A stretch of 64,000 nucleotides of DNA from Eledone cirrhosa (taxonomy: Eukaryota). The stretch covers positions 407,464,001 through 407,528,000 of the forward strand of contig OZ024741.1 of assembly GCA_964016885.1 (NCBI GenBank), written 5' to 3'. Numbering within the stretch: the stretch's first letter is position 1; each line of letters opens with the position of its first letter. Positions 13,891-28,452 of this stretch are shown in pieces. The notes beneath the pieces were generated by a model, which ran no database searches, was not told the DNA's origin, and was given only the letters and a program-made list of their open reading frames with translations. The translations under genes and the position numbers were made by a program.

Positions 13891-14154
13891 TTTTGCAGGG
13901 ATTTCTGTGCAGTCCCAGGTTTTTTCCTCCATTTGATTCCGAACCCATTCATTTGTTCGCCTGTTTGACCATTTCACCTCAAGCAATATTCGATATCCTT
14001 TCATCTCAAAGGTCTTGATTCTCCGGTTCACGTCCTCAGAGAACTGAAATACAAAGTAATCCCAGGGGGGATCTGAAGGGAGAACCTAGAAACAAAAGTA
14101 CGTATTAAATGATTTATTTATTATTTATAAACTTTATTGTCTATTTTAAGATAA

Positions 14155-14390
14155 CTGTTTCTACTTTAGACACAAGGCCAGCAATTTGAATGTGAGAGTA
14201 AAGTCCATTATATCGACCCCAGTACATTACTGGTGCTTTATTTTATCGACCCTGTAAGGATGAAAGGTAAAGCTAACCTCGTAAGGTTGAAAGGCAAAGC
14301 TAACCTCGGCAGGATTTGAACTCAGAACATACAGGGCCGTACCTCTGTAACACAAGCTTGGTCACCAGCGCCCTACCAATCCATCACCCT
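14155..14390 (-). mobile_element. tRNA-derived SINE
   Basis: Reverse complement of the same family. Confidence 0.8.
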
Positions 14391-14964
14391 TCAGACAATA
14401 TTGTAAAGTTAGACATAAAAATATTTAAATAAAAGAAAGAAAGGAAAAAGATTTTAAAGCAATGAAAGTAAAGGAGATAGGGGCAGACTCAACACCCAAT
14501 CTCAGTAGTGATTCGGCCCAGCCCCACAGACAGGATATTGAAGGTGTTGCCAAGGAGAATGGACAGCGAGACTCGCTACAACAACCACCACAATTCACGT
14601 GACTCCTTCCTCAGGCAGGCCGCTGTCTTTCCGGTTTCGCGAAGGAAATCGACAATGTGGGGACCAAAGACACGTAAGGTCTCGACTCGTCGGTGACCGG
14701 TAAGCAACAGAAGCGGCCTCACAAACCCCGGTTTTGGTAGATTAGTTGACATACAATGGGTCACACAAAATCCTTCAGATTAAAACATATGCTGATTTCT
14801 AAAGATGGAGAATATTCTGACATGGTGATATGTGTATATCATTAATATTTATATATTATTTATATATTTATATATTATTTATATATTATTTATATATTTA
14901 TATATTATTCGTATATATAATATATATTATATAGACTAAGTCTAAAGTCTGTCTCAATCACAGA

Positions 14965-15112
14965 ATTAAACCCCCAGCTGTAGCTGGTACTTATTTTCAT
15001 CTGAGTATACTGGAGTAACGTGAAATGACGTGTTTTGCTCAAGAAAACAACACACAACCCAGTCTCAGAATCTAACCCACGACATTATGATCGTAAGACT
15101 AGGCCAGGCGCC
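14965..15112 (-). mobile_element. CORE-like SINE fragment
   Basis: gctggtacttattttcatctgagt...cgtgaaatgacgtgttttgctcaaga. Confidence 0.65.
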
Positions 15113-15326
15113 AATCTCTATATTATACACATTATATCATGACAAGTCCAATCAAGACACATTTGATTTTAACATGGAAAGCTGCTAGAGAGGCGCTATG
15201 CTTGCATTGTAAATCATCATCTTCGTGATAAAGTGAAGATTAAATGAGCGAATTTAAATCCACAGAAAAACCCTTTATGTATCTATATATAGAGAGAGGT
15301 AATTCCACAAGAGTTAATACTCCATG

Positions 15327-15368
15327 CCGAGAACAATTTGTTTCAGATCAAACGGATCATCAGCTCGG
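15327..15368 (-). ncRNA. Minimal HHR
   Basis: CCGAG-CUGAUGA-uccguuugaucu-GAAAC-AAAUU-GUU^CUCGG. Stem II is weak. Confidence 0.7.
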
Positions 15369-15387
15369 TTTTAATGAGATAACACGG

Positions 15388-15485
<98 letters not shown>

Positions 15486-16169
15486 AATTAAACAACCGAT
15501 CCGAGAGAAGCGAAATGAGGTGGTTGGTTTAAGTTAACAAACGATGCAGCAACACACGCACACACACACACAAGCGAGACAGCAACACACGCACACGCAA
15601 ACACACACACAGTACCATTCCACCATACGAACATACTACACTGCCAATACAGAGGAAAAGGCAACAACACACGCACACACACACACACTCAAGCGAGACA
15701 ACAACACACGCACACACACACAGTAACATTCAACAAACAGGCAGAGAATAGACTGACAGCTAGCGCTACCCGACTCCCACAATTGAAAGAACTACTTCGG
15801 CCGCTGATCTCTGCCTGACCGACCCCATTTCACGCGCAGGCGCGCTCTGCTGAATACCTCAGATATTCAAAACAACGAACAGCGGAGGACACGTTTCGCA
15901 CCTTTCCGACAGACAACCTTTCCCCCACCCCGGAAAAAAACCCCAGTTGATGGATGTGAATCCGAAATATATAGGGACAATTAAATCTCTCCCAAGGTAA
16001 CTCTCTCTCTTGTTGTTATTTTTATTTTTATCCTTTACGCTCTTTCCTTCATTCCTCAACACGTCTTATACACGCCACGCATCTCAACGTACACCCACTT
16101 ACATCTCTCTCTCCACCACCGGATCTTGTTACCCGGAGATTTACCCATTTGCATTGTCGAGGCTTCCAA

Positions 16170-16545
16170 ACGACTTCAATTTATTATAAATTTATGGTTG
16201 GTTGGTTGGTTCGATAACCGGATGGTTGTGTATATATTGCCAAAGCTCTTTAGTGACATATTTTGTGACCTCCTCAGTGACTGGGTTTTTATTTTGAGTC
16301 TCTCCTGTGTCCTGTCCTACACCATCTTGGTGTACGACAGAGTTTTGACAATATATAAACAACCATCCGATTATCGAAACAACAAACCAAACAACCAACC
16401 GGAAATTTATAATAAATTAAAGTGAAAATCAACTGCTGCGTGCATTTTTATTGACAGCATGACCGACCTAAAGTATCACAAGATCTTTTTCAACAGACGT
16501 TTTCAGATAAGGATTCTTGCAAAACAAATTAAAAAACTATATATA
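16170..16545. mobile_element. Fold-back PLE terminal fragment (family of 54660-55400 and 56200-56435)
   Basis: 16180-16245 is inverted against 16345-16420; sequence is shared with 54660-55010. Confidence 0.7.
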
Positions 16546-16636
16546 TATATACATAACCAATTTTAATACTATTCACATAGAACGCACAACATTAAGTTCT
16601 TACCTGGATATGTCACTATCTGTAAACCAATTTTTG

Positions 16637-16693
16637 TATTTTATCTGATGAGAGCGTACCAAAACACAGGTACCCTTGAAATATAATAAAATA
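16637..16693 (+). ncRNA. HHR (stem III shortened), family of 52671-52734
   Basis: UAUUUUAU-CUGAUGA-gagcGUACC..GGUACccuu-GAAA-UA-UA^AUAAAAUA. Confidence 0.65.
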
Positions 16694-16857
16694 AATATGG
16701 TTTTATAAAGATAGTTTCCATTTATTAATATTATTTATATATATATATAGGTGTGTGTGTGTGTGTGTGTGTGAGTGTGTGTGTATGTGTGTGTGAAAAT
16801 ATGTATGTATGTATATATACATATAAGTATGCATGTATATATAAACATATATGTATG

Positions 16858-16906
<49 letters not shown>

Positions 16907-16910
16907 GAGA

Positions 16911-17012
<102 letters not shown>

Positions 17013-17340
17013 AACTACAGGCTTTATCAAGGTCTTCATAGTTGAAAGCGTGGTTCATAACTACTTAAAGAAGCATGTATTCTGTATGTTGGAAATAGAA
17101 GAACACTCTAGAATTAATCAATGTTTCTCACTGTTTTCAGTTAGTCACCTCCGATAATCACCAATTATTCTCCGTTCTTAATTATATCGATTATCTGACC
17201 ATCATAATAGTTCTTCAAAATAACACTGCAATCTCAGAATAAAGCTTCAAAATTTTAACTAATGGTCAATAAATTTGAAATGATTTCTATGGCACAGATT
17301 AAACGTGTGTCTTTACACGAGAGAAAATAATCTTCTATAT

Positions 17341-17605
17341 ATGAGGGTCGGCTGAAATGTTCATAAGCTGATTATGAAGGAGTGATGCTAGGGCTGTGAA
17401 AGCTTGTATGCATTAATTTCAAATCTTCTTATTAATAACAGCATTGTTTCTTACCAGGGATTATGTAGAAAAATAAACCTCATTAATATTTCCACAGAGC
17501 CCCTGGAAACAAACAATGCTGTTGAAAATAATAGATGCAAGATTTCAGAGATCTATCATCGCTCCTTCATAGTTAGCCTTCTTTAACTTTTCCGCCGACC
17601 CTCGT
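17341..17605. mobile_element. Mariner/Tc1-type MITE with TIRs
   Basis: atgagggtcggctgaaatgtt ... aacttttccgccgaccctcgt, flanked by TA. Confidence 0.8.
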
Positions 17606-17805
17606 TATATATATACTGTATATATATATATATAAATGTGATGAGCGGAACAAGCAAGCATTAAACAATCTTTTAAATAAATTAAAATGCGATTTATATA
17701 TACACCTGTTCAAAATGCTGTTACCGACGGTTATATATATATATACGTATATGTACACGCACAGAAACACACACACATACATACAAAGAGAAACAGACAC
17801 CGAAA

Positions 17806-17847
<42 letters not shown>

Positions 17848-17906
17848 TCTGCAATGTATTGAGTACCTTACTTACTGTGGTTACCTCCGATTCAACCCGG
17901 GATAAC

Positions 17907-17966
<60 letters not shown>

Positions 17967-18315
17967 AAATATTATAAAAGAAGAAGGAATAATAGACTCA
18001 ATATACCTATTTTTCTTCGCCCCGACTGTACAGTTTCTCTGGTCACTATGCAAAAATGCTATATCATAGATATGTAATATTGTTGTGAGGTAAGCCAGCT
18101 TATCAAGGGAGTACCTATTATTCCTTCTTATTTTATAATATTTTACATAGCTCTGATATTGGGTCAATTTAATTATTTCGATTATCTTGTCTCTCATAAT
18201 CATAGAGTAACACTGGTTAAGATCGACAACATATAATCTCACATACTTGTGAAAAATATATGTTTATATATACATGTATATGTATGTATGCACATATATT
18301 TGTATACCTCTCATT

Positions 18316-18375
<60 letters not shown>

Positions 18376-18410
18376 CGAAAAATCAGTGATGCATCTAGAC
18401 TCAGTTTATT

Positions 18411-18502
18411 GTGTGTTACAATTGTTTCGCCGGCAGATAGCTCGAGACACGATCATTGTATGGATCTGTCTGATTCTAGAACTGCGGGTTCTTCGGACAT
18501 AT
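18411..18502 (-). ncRNA. HHR with CCGAAGA core and long stem II (family of 26530-26820)
   Basis: AUGU-CCGAAGA-...-GAAAC-AAUU-GUA^ACAC, then AATAAA. Confidence 0.65.
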
Positions 18503-18809
18503 GCAAAAGCTTTCGGAGCAAATTTTCTCACTGGGGTGGTAGCTTCAAAAAACACCTTCAAAAAACATCTTCCACTCTTGTCTTGCTATTGGCTGTTGTT
18601 TTTCTACGTCATAATAAATTCTGGTCAATATTTGCTGCCACACTGGCCATCAGCTACTCTCCGTCCGACACACTTCAATGGACTCATGCTGTCACGCTAC
18701 TAAAAAAATAGCAGCAAGATACAAAATGTTCTTCTCTACACAGAAGGAGAATATACATAAAATGAGATTAATATCCCCACAGATATATGTATATATATGT
18801 ATATCTATA

Positions 18810-19484
18810 TAAGGTAAAAAGAGGAAATCGAAAATGCAACTGGAGTCTTTTTTTTTATATATTTATTTGGTTCCTTTCCCGGTTTCGCAGTTCTTGTGCT
18901 TTTCAAAAGAAGAGTTGAGATGTAGGGTGTGTGGTTTTTCTCACATCTGGTTGGTGTTTGAATGTTACTTCTGTTTTATATGGAAAAAAGTGGTTCGAAA
19001 TGCTAGGTTTTTAGAGAAGTAATTTGGTTGGTTGGTGAATAAGTGTAATAAATTTCGCGCCAGTTCGCGTTACAAAGTTATTCAAACAAGGGGGGGCTCA
19101 AGTTGTTTTTTCATATGTGAGTGAAGTTTGGTTGGTTGATGCAGTCACGTGAATAAGCACATCAGCTTTCGCGCCAGTTTGTGTTTGAATTTTTTTTTAC
19201 TTAAAAAAAAGTGACTCACGAAGGCTTTTTTTTTATAAATATAATTTGATTGGTTATAAATGAAATTATGATTGTCACGTGTTCATTAAATTTCGCGCCC
19301 GTATTTTGGAATTTCTTTTTAGCCATTTAGAGAATTTTGTGCCAAACAAAAGATAATGGTCAAGAAAAACAGGATGGAGATAATTGTTCTGGTTCAGTGA
19401 ATATGGTTGGTGTGCTGGGTGTCAAAATTCAGACTTTCTATTGAAATAAAGAAAGTAGAGATATGTATGTTTATTTGTGTGCTG

Positions 19485-19518
<34 letters not shown>

Positions 19519-19635
19519 GTGTCTGTAGGAAGATGATTCTATTAGTAGAAATGGGGGAGGGAGTTGTGTGTATGTGTGTGCATGTGTTTGTGGGAGTTTG
19601 GTTAGCATGTTTAGATGGAGAGAATATATATATTT

Positions 19636-19670
<35 letters not shown>

Positions 19671-20911
19671 AAATGATTCCATTAGTAGAAATGGGGGAGG
19701 GAGTTATGTGTGTGTGTAGGGGAGGGGTTAGCATGTTAAGGTGTTAGAGTATTAACGTATGTTAAGGTTTATTCAGTTCTGGTTTTTATTTTCTAAAGTA
19801 GAAGGTGTTATGTGTGTGTATGTGTCTGTTTGGATGGTTAGCATGTTATGGTGTTGACATAAATTTATATTAAACTATATTTAATGCAGGTCTATATTTT
19901 TGAATAAACATATTTTCCTTATTTATTCGTATTTTTTCTGCTGTATTGTCAGCGCAAAGATAAAATGGCAAGACTTGGAATTTGGGTGTCTTATTACTTT
20001 CGCATATGTCTAGATGTGCACTGAGTGGTATCTGTCTTGTGGTAGGGTCTTGTAATTGTTGGCGATGAACTGTCATTCTGTTTCTGAGTGTGTGTTTAGT
20101 TTTTCCTATATAATCTTCATTGCATACTTTATATTTAATGGCCTAAAGTAGATTTTTATGAGCAAGTGAAGTGATTTTTTACAGCAAAATGTTGTCCTGA
20201 TTGAAATGTATTTGTTGTCTTCAATGAGGTGAGTGCAGGTTCCACAATTAGAGCGACCACATTTTTTGACAGTTGGTTATGGGTTTGTGGTAGGTAATTT
20301 GGGATTGGTGAGTAATGTTTTTAGCGATTTCAGTTGTCTTTTGCTTTTGATTATTTTGTGTGTTTCAAGGGCTTTTTTTCATTCTTGGGTCTTATTTCAA
20401 TAGTGGGATGTTCTTGTGAATAATGTTGTAAGCTTCCGAATTTCTTGGAGTGTGTGTTGAGATATATGATAGAATATTGGACGTACCTTGAATTTGTTTC
20501 TGTTTCATAATTCACCAATCCCTATTGTTTTAGCCCTTTCTATTCCATTATTTATTAGTAATGGTGGGTACTGTCTTTCGAGTAGAATTTTCTTTAATTC
20601 TTGAAGTCTTTTGTTTCGCGTTTCATAATTGGAGACAATTGTGCAAATTCTTCTTGCTAGGTTAAAAAGGATGTTCGTCTTCGTGTGCTTTGGGTGGTTG
20701 GAGGTGAATAGCAGGTATTGTTTGGAATCTGTTGGTTTCTAGTGTATGTGAGTTTCAATATTTGTGTCTTTTTTATGATTAAGATGTCCAGAAATGGGAG
20801 TTGATCTTGGCTGTATTCCATTGTGAATTGCATGTGGTTATTGATGCCGTTAATTAAATTTTTGAAATCATTCAGTTGGTCGAGTGTGTGAGACCAAAGT
20901 ATGAGACATAA

Positions 20912-20912
<1 letters not shown>
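18810..20912 (-). mobile_element. Penelope-like element: decayed RT C-terminus + GIY-YIG + pLTR
   Basis: MQFTME....LPFLDILI, KPTDSKQYLLF.SNHPKH, VHRQQL....PLSAHLDIC. pLTR at 18810-19330 recurs at 52125-52330, 52890-53260 and 56590-56915. Confidence 0.88.
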
Positions 20913-20941
<29 letters not shown>

Positions 20942-20943
<2 letters not shown>

Positions 20944-21584
20944 GTATCTCATTTTTAATGCGATGAAATACCAATGATGGTTGGAAAATCACTGACGAAT
21001 GACTATTTTTTATCATATGTAACCTATGTGCAACCACGCAGTATTCTTCTTTCTTCTCATGTTTTTATATATATTCACCTCGGCTGCGCTTGTCTGTTTC
21101 TCTCTTACTGCTTCCCTGTTCTCTCTGTTTCTCTCACCTTCTTTCGCCCCCTCTGTCAGTTACACTTTCTCTCGACTGACCGCTTCCTCGCACTTCCACT
21201 CACTCACTCTCTGTTTCTCCCCTTCTCACTTCCTCCCGTTTGGCTAACAGTGGGTCTCTTCTTGCTTACATCCCACTCACGCTGGACGTGTCTGTACCTT
21301 TCGCTCATGAAATCCACCCAGTTTATGCTGACCAGGACTACCATGTTGCTTGTTTATTTCCTTTCTTTGGTTTGCTTTTATCCTTCTATGTTGTTCACTT
21401 GTCTCCCTCGCTTTACGCGATTTACTGGTCCCAATAACTTTTTTTAGTTTTTGCTCGCACCAACCAGAGGTATCTGATTTTTAATGCGATGAAAATACCA
21501 ATGATATTTGGAAAATAACTGACGAAGGACTATTTTTATCATATGTAACCTATGTGCAACCACGCAGTATTCTTCTTTCTTCAC

Positions 21585-21595
<11 letters not shown>
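20942..21595. repeat. Two ~130-bp direct repeats ~527 bp apart (pLTR-like)
   Basis: ggtatct.atttttaatgcgatgaaa..ccaatgat...gtgcaaccacgcagtattcttcttt at 20942 and 21469. Confidence 0.75.
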
Positions 21596-21667
<72 letters not shown>

Positions 21668-21885
21668 GATAACAATATATCGTTAAAGGTAATCCGATAA
21701 GAGGTTGTGAAAACTACTTATAATGAATAGTTTTAGCGTACGGTGCTGTGTGACTCAACAAGAGGTTTGCGTGGATGACGAGTTTATGACTTCACTTGTA
21801 TTCCTACGTAAGTATATCTTGGAGTAATAAAAATGAAAAAGTGAAGAATAACATGGTCAACAGTACAAAGATGGTAATTTATTTA

Positions 21886-21994
21886 CAGTTTAACAATTGT
21901 TTCCAGGATAGAGTTGTCTAAAAATTGCTAAACACTGAAGGCAGTGGCACTCAATTTAAAATACAAGCTATCTCCATCATTTCATCAGAAACTG
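21886..21994 (-). ncRNA. HHR with long stem II, in an element with inverted ends (21830-21900 / 22490-22560)
   Basis: CAGUUU-CUGAUGA-...-GAAAC-AAUU-GUU^AAACUG, then AATAAA. Confidence 0.8.
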
Positions 21995-22557
21995 AGAAAA
22001 AATACAAAATATATGCGTAATGGTAAATTTATAAATTCAAATTACCACATCAATAATAATATTAATAATAAAGATATAGAGAAAGATAAAGGGAGGGGGA
22101 CAGATGGAAAGGATGGGGGGAGAAAGAAGAAAGAGAAAAAGAAAATACAGTTATATGCATAACCGGCCAAATTACGAAATCAAACTATCACATCAAAATA
22201 AAAATAATATTAATAATGAAGATAGAGATAGAAAGAAAAGAGGCGGGATAGCTGTAGTAAAGGTAGAGAACAAAAAGAAGGATCAAGAAGGAAGAAGAGA
22301 AAGGGACAGAGAAAGATGAAGAAGGAAATCGAAAGACAGGTAGAGACATCATGTAGAACAGTTAAGGCGTGCGACCGGATGAGTAATTGTTGATAAATAC
22401 AAGCAGAAATAGGATGGAGAGAAGAAGGAAGATGAACAGACATACGAATATACGTTAATACAAGAATGAAAGCAAGTAAAAATAGATTGTAACAATTGTT
22501 AGACTGTAAATAAATTACCTTGTTTGTACTGTTGTCCATGTTATTCTTCGCTTTTTC

Positions 22558-22593
<36 letters not shown>

Positions 22594-23044
22594 AAAATAT
22601 CAATTAAGGGTTATAATGTCTGAGCGACATGCGCCTTATCCACTGTAGAATAAGCTCAAAGATTCCAATGAATAGATCCGAGCATTTCATATCAACTAGA
22701 AATAGATTGACATATATATATATAAAATATAATTACAATTTTGCATTTGCTTTGTAAACGCAGATAGGTTATTTTCTTCTCCTTTAGTGACCATCCTGGA
22801 TTTGACTACTGTGATTTACTGATTAATTGGTGAAATATATTTCTTACTTAAAGAAATATATACAAAAGAGTTTAATCATTTAAAATGGTATCTATATTTG
22901 AAGTTCTAGTTAAACTTTAATTAGTTACCTACCTAGCTATGTGTGCTTACATTCTTTACAAATTACTCTCTGTGATTGTTCCATCTATTTATTTTATATA
23001 TATATATATATGTCAATCCATTTCTAGTTGATATATATATATTT

Positions 23045-24740
<1,696 letters not shown>

Positions 24741-24909
24741 AACATTACCATATATACTCGCGTATAGGTCGCACTTTTTTAACGATAAATAACTATACAT
24801 TTTTGGGGTGCGACCTATCCGATCGACATCAGACTGACCAACTAAAATAAACCACAGCAAACCACCATCTCATTCACATACAACAAGTCGTGAAAATTCC
24901 ACACCTAAA

Positions 24910-25368
24910 TTGACTATCTCCTCTGATACAGCATTCACGAAAGGTTGTAACTGTAGAAACAAAGCAAATTGCCCATTAAAAGGAAATTGCCTTATTAATA
25001 ACATAGTATATAAATGTAAAGTTAACACTAAGGACTCAACTTATTCATATATAGGAGCTACTTCTAACCAATTTAAAGTAAGATTTAATACCCACAAACA
25101 CAGTTTTAAAAATGCCGCATTAGCTAATACATCTTTAGCTGAAATAATTAGTAATTATAGAAAGAGGAATATAGATTATAACCTGATCTGGAGTGTGCTC
25201 AAAAGGGCCACCCCTTATCAAAATAATAGATATGAATGTAGATTATGTTCCCAGGAACTTTTTGAAATAATGAAATCTAAGGATATCCTATTAAATAAAC
25301 GACAGGAATTAATTATATCATGTAATCATAAACGGATAAGAACTTTTAAATATTATAAACCTAATTAA
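24910..25368 (+). pseudogene. Neptune-type PLE GIY-YIG endonuclease fragment
   Basis: CNCRNKANCPLKGNCLINNIVYKC...YIGATSNQFKVRFNTH...CRLCSQE...LLNKRQE...CNH. Confidence 0.9.
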
Positions 25369-26102
25369 TATACACTTTAGAAATTATTATAATAACACTT
25401 TTTTTAAATTAGTTAACCTATAATTAATATTCTACTACTAATGAACTGCATAATTTTATTTCCCTTTTACAGCTATCTTTTCCTAAAATTTATACCAATA
25501 AGTATACATATAAACTATTTTAATTTCAGGTTATGATTCTATGTTCCTTATAATCTATATAAATTTGTTATTTCTCACTAATAAATTTACCCCCCCCCCC
25601 AATAATTATTATTATTATTTTTTTATATCCCTTCGTTTTTAACAGCACTCTTCAATTACATCTAACTCTTATTTATCATATCTATATGAATTAATATAAA
25701 TTTATCAATATAAATATACCTATCAATTTAATTAATTTATTTTCTTTTTATAGATGTAAATTCCCTATATTTTAAATAAGATTGATATTTTTCAGTAACA
25801 CATTTATCGTAAACTTTTATTCTCCTTAGATATTTACATTAGCATTATTCTTTTATAACATCAATTTTTCGTGTACCTTTTACCGACTTGACCTATTTTC
25901 ATCCCTAAAATAATCTTTTCATTCATCATACTCTTTCCATTCAAAACTGAAATCTGCTTTCCTCTACCCCTAAATTAAAGTTCTATTACTACTATTCCAC
26001 CATCTTGACCACTTACTACCTTTCTATTGGTCAATTCAAAACCTGTTCCCAAACAGACCTATTATATTGAATCTTTGTTGGGTTTTTTTCAATAAACAAA
26101 TA

Positions 26103-26240
26103 TCATTATTTCTGAAGACAGCATATATATGTGTAGGTATGTATATTCCCTCTGATAGTTTGTAAAAATTTTACATAGATCTATATGATATACATACCAA
26201 CACAAACATATATATCCTAGAAACGATCGTAAAATTATGA
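26103..26240 (+). ncRNA. HHR in the 3' pLTR of the 24910 element
   Basis: UCAUUAUUU-CUGAAGA-(~100-nt hairpin)-GAAAC-GAUC-GUA^AAAUUAUGA. Confidence 0.85.
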
Positions 26241-26459
26241 ATTTTTTAATATAAGGAACTGTTTCTTTGTTTTTATTCATTATTTTTATTAATTTATCTT
26301 GACTCTGTTTTCCTGTATTTTTCATCTGAAAATTTTTTTTTGAATACATCTTCTCTTTTCATGATATTCGGATTACATTGAGTTCTTCATACGGATTGGA
26401 CACTACCGTACATTTTGGTAGATTTATCTACATATATATATATATATAAATATATATAT

Positions 26460-26530
<71 letters not shown>

Positions 26531-26533
<3 letters not shown>

Positions 26534-26855
26534 TAAAAAATACGAAAAATCAGTGATTCATCTGGACTCAGTTTATTGCGTGTTACAATTGTTTAGGCGG
26601 CAGGTAGCTCGAGACATGATCACTGTATGGATCTGGCTGATTCTACGTCGGCAGGTTCGTTCGGACACGGGCAGTTCGTTCAGAACAAATGTTCTCACTC
26701 TGCCCGTGTCCGAAGGAACCTGCAGCCGTAGAATCAGCCAGATCCATACAGTGATCATGTCTAGAGCTACCTGCTAAACTCAGTCCAAATGCATCACTGA
26801 TTTTTCTTTTTTTTATACTATCCACACTCTGCTCTGTATGAATATAGAGTGCTAA
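26531..26855. repeat. Fold-back pLTR fragment with degenerate HHR and tail hairpin
   Basis: 26531-26672 is inverted against 26700-26819. Confidence 0.85.
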
Positions 26856-26902
26856 TTTTGGCATACCGCCTATGGAAGCACCATAGCTACCATTATACAC
26901 AC

Positions 26903-26966
<64 letters not shown>

Positions 26967-27013
26967 GACGTAAATAAGAAAGTTATGAAAATTGACTTAC
27001 TTACTAAAATTTC

Positions 27014-27092
27014 ACTCCAACTAATTAGTTTCTGTAAGGGGATAAATATAGTTACGCAATAACTATAGAGAAGCCTTACGTCATCAGGGAGT
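27014..27092 (-). ncRNA. HHR
   Basis: ACUCC-CUGAUGA-cGUAAGG..UAUAGUUA(uugcg)UAACUAUA..CCUUACa-GAAAC-UAAUUA-GUU^GGAGU. Confidence 0.9.
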
Positions 27093-27479
27093 CTATTCTC
27101 AGCTAAGTTTCCAGGCAATGCGGGGACACTGGGAACTTATACAAAAATAATTCAGTGGATGGAAAAAAGCGAGCGGGGCTAGATTCCAAGCCATTGAAAA
27201 ATTCACTGCCTTCTTGGTCAAGTGGCAAATTCAAAAGAATCAATCACGTGACACTGAGGTTAACCAGCTTGGAGTGGGGGTGCTATTAAGACAGAGCCTA
27301 CCTACTACTATCAGTCACAGTAGTAATTTGGCAAATTTTGCTCAACAAATAATTTGGAGATAATTATAAAGAATTAATATATCTACCGACATATGTATAC
27401 AGATGCATACCTATGCTAGCAGATATATATGTTTTGTCTTAGTAACTTTATGGTTCTATGCAGGGGAATGCAGAACCAT

Positions 27480-27954
27480 TATATGTAGAATCAAAAGTGA
27501 ATGCCCATTACAAGGTAAATGCAACACCAAAGCCATTGTATATGCGGCTAAAGTGACAACGATCAGCAACAACCAACCAGCCACCAGTGAACGATATGTG
27601 GGTATGACGCAAGACAAATTCAAAACGCGTTATTACTCACATGTCGCATCCTTTCGACATCCAGAAAAAAGATTTACAACAGCTCTGGCTAGCAGAATAT
27701 GGGATTTGAAAGACCAAGGTATCCAATATAAATTGGATTGGTCAATTTTGAACCAATCTAAAGAATATGCAAGAAGAACAAGAAAATGCACGCTCTGTAT
27801 CAATGAAAAATATTGGATTTTGCAAAACCTTAAATCACCAAAGACCTGCCTAAACACAAAGACAGAAATTTTCACCAGTTGCCCACACATGAAATCACAC
27901 CTGCTTTCCAGCTCATATAAACTTAACACACTTTCAGATACTTATCCTCCATAA
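27480..27954 (+). pseudogene. Neptune-type PLE GIY-YIG endonuclease fragment
   Basis: CPLQGKCNTKAIVYAA...YVGMT...FKTRYYSH..SF...CTLCINEK...LNTKTE...CPH. Confidence 0.9.
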
Positions 27955-28017
27955 GCTCTTATCATTCTCGTTAAGACTACCTTTTCTGATTTACTTTCAT
28001 TTTTAACCTTAACCTTT

Positions 28018-28265
28018 TTATTATTTTTATTTTTATTTTTATATTTATTTTTATTTTTATTTTTATTTTTATTTTTATTTTTATTTTTATTTTTATTTTT
28101 ATTTTTATTTTTATTTTTATTTTTATTTTTATTTTTATTTTTATTTTTATTTTTATTTTTATTTTTATTTTTATTTTTATTTTTATTTTTATTTTTATTT
28201 TTATTTTTATTTTTATTTTTATTTTTATTTTTATTTTTATATTTTTATTTTTATTTTTATTTTTA

Positions 28266-28296
<31 letters not shown>

Positions 28297-28452
28297 TTTA
28301 TTTTTATTTTTATTTTTATTTTTATTTTTATTTCTATTTCTATTTTTATTTTTATTTTTATTTTTATTTTTATTTTTATTTTTATTTTTATTTTTATTTT
28401 TATTTTTATTTTTATTTTTATTTTTATTTTTATTTTTATTTTTATTTTTACT
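28018..28452. repeat. (TTTTTA)n microsatellite
   Basis: Directly visible. Confidence 0.97.

Larger units (their letters stand above)
13161..14035 (-). mobile_element. Decayed RTE-like LINE 3' end with (TGA)n tail, interrupted by a SINE and a minisatellite
   Basis: RRIKTFEMKGYRILL.VKWS.RRTNEWVR and G.RKR..R..W..DI..W motifs; (CAT)n at 13161-13246. Confidence 0.75.

Noticed and set aside
14624-14698. Minus-strand CCGACGA...GAAAC-CG-GAA
   Set aside because: No NUH triplet and weak stem I; at best a decayed HHR.
20985-21035. CTGACGA...GTAAC in the direct repeat
   Set aside because: GAAA is missing in both copies and stems are unconvincing.
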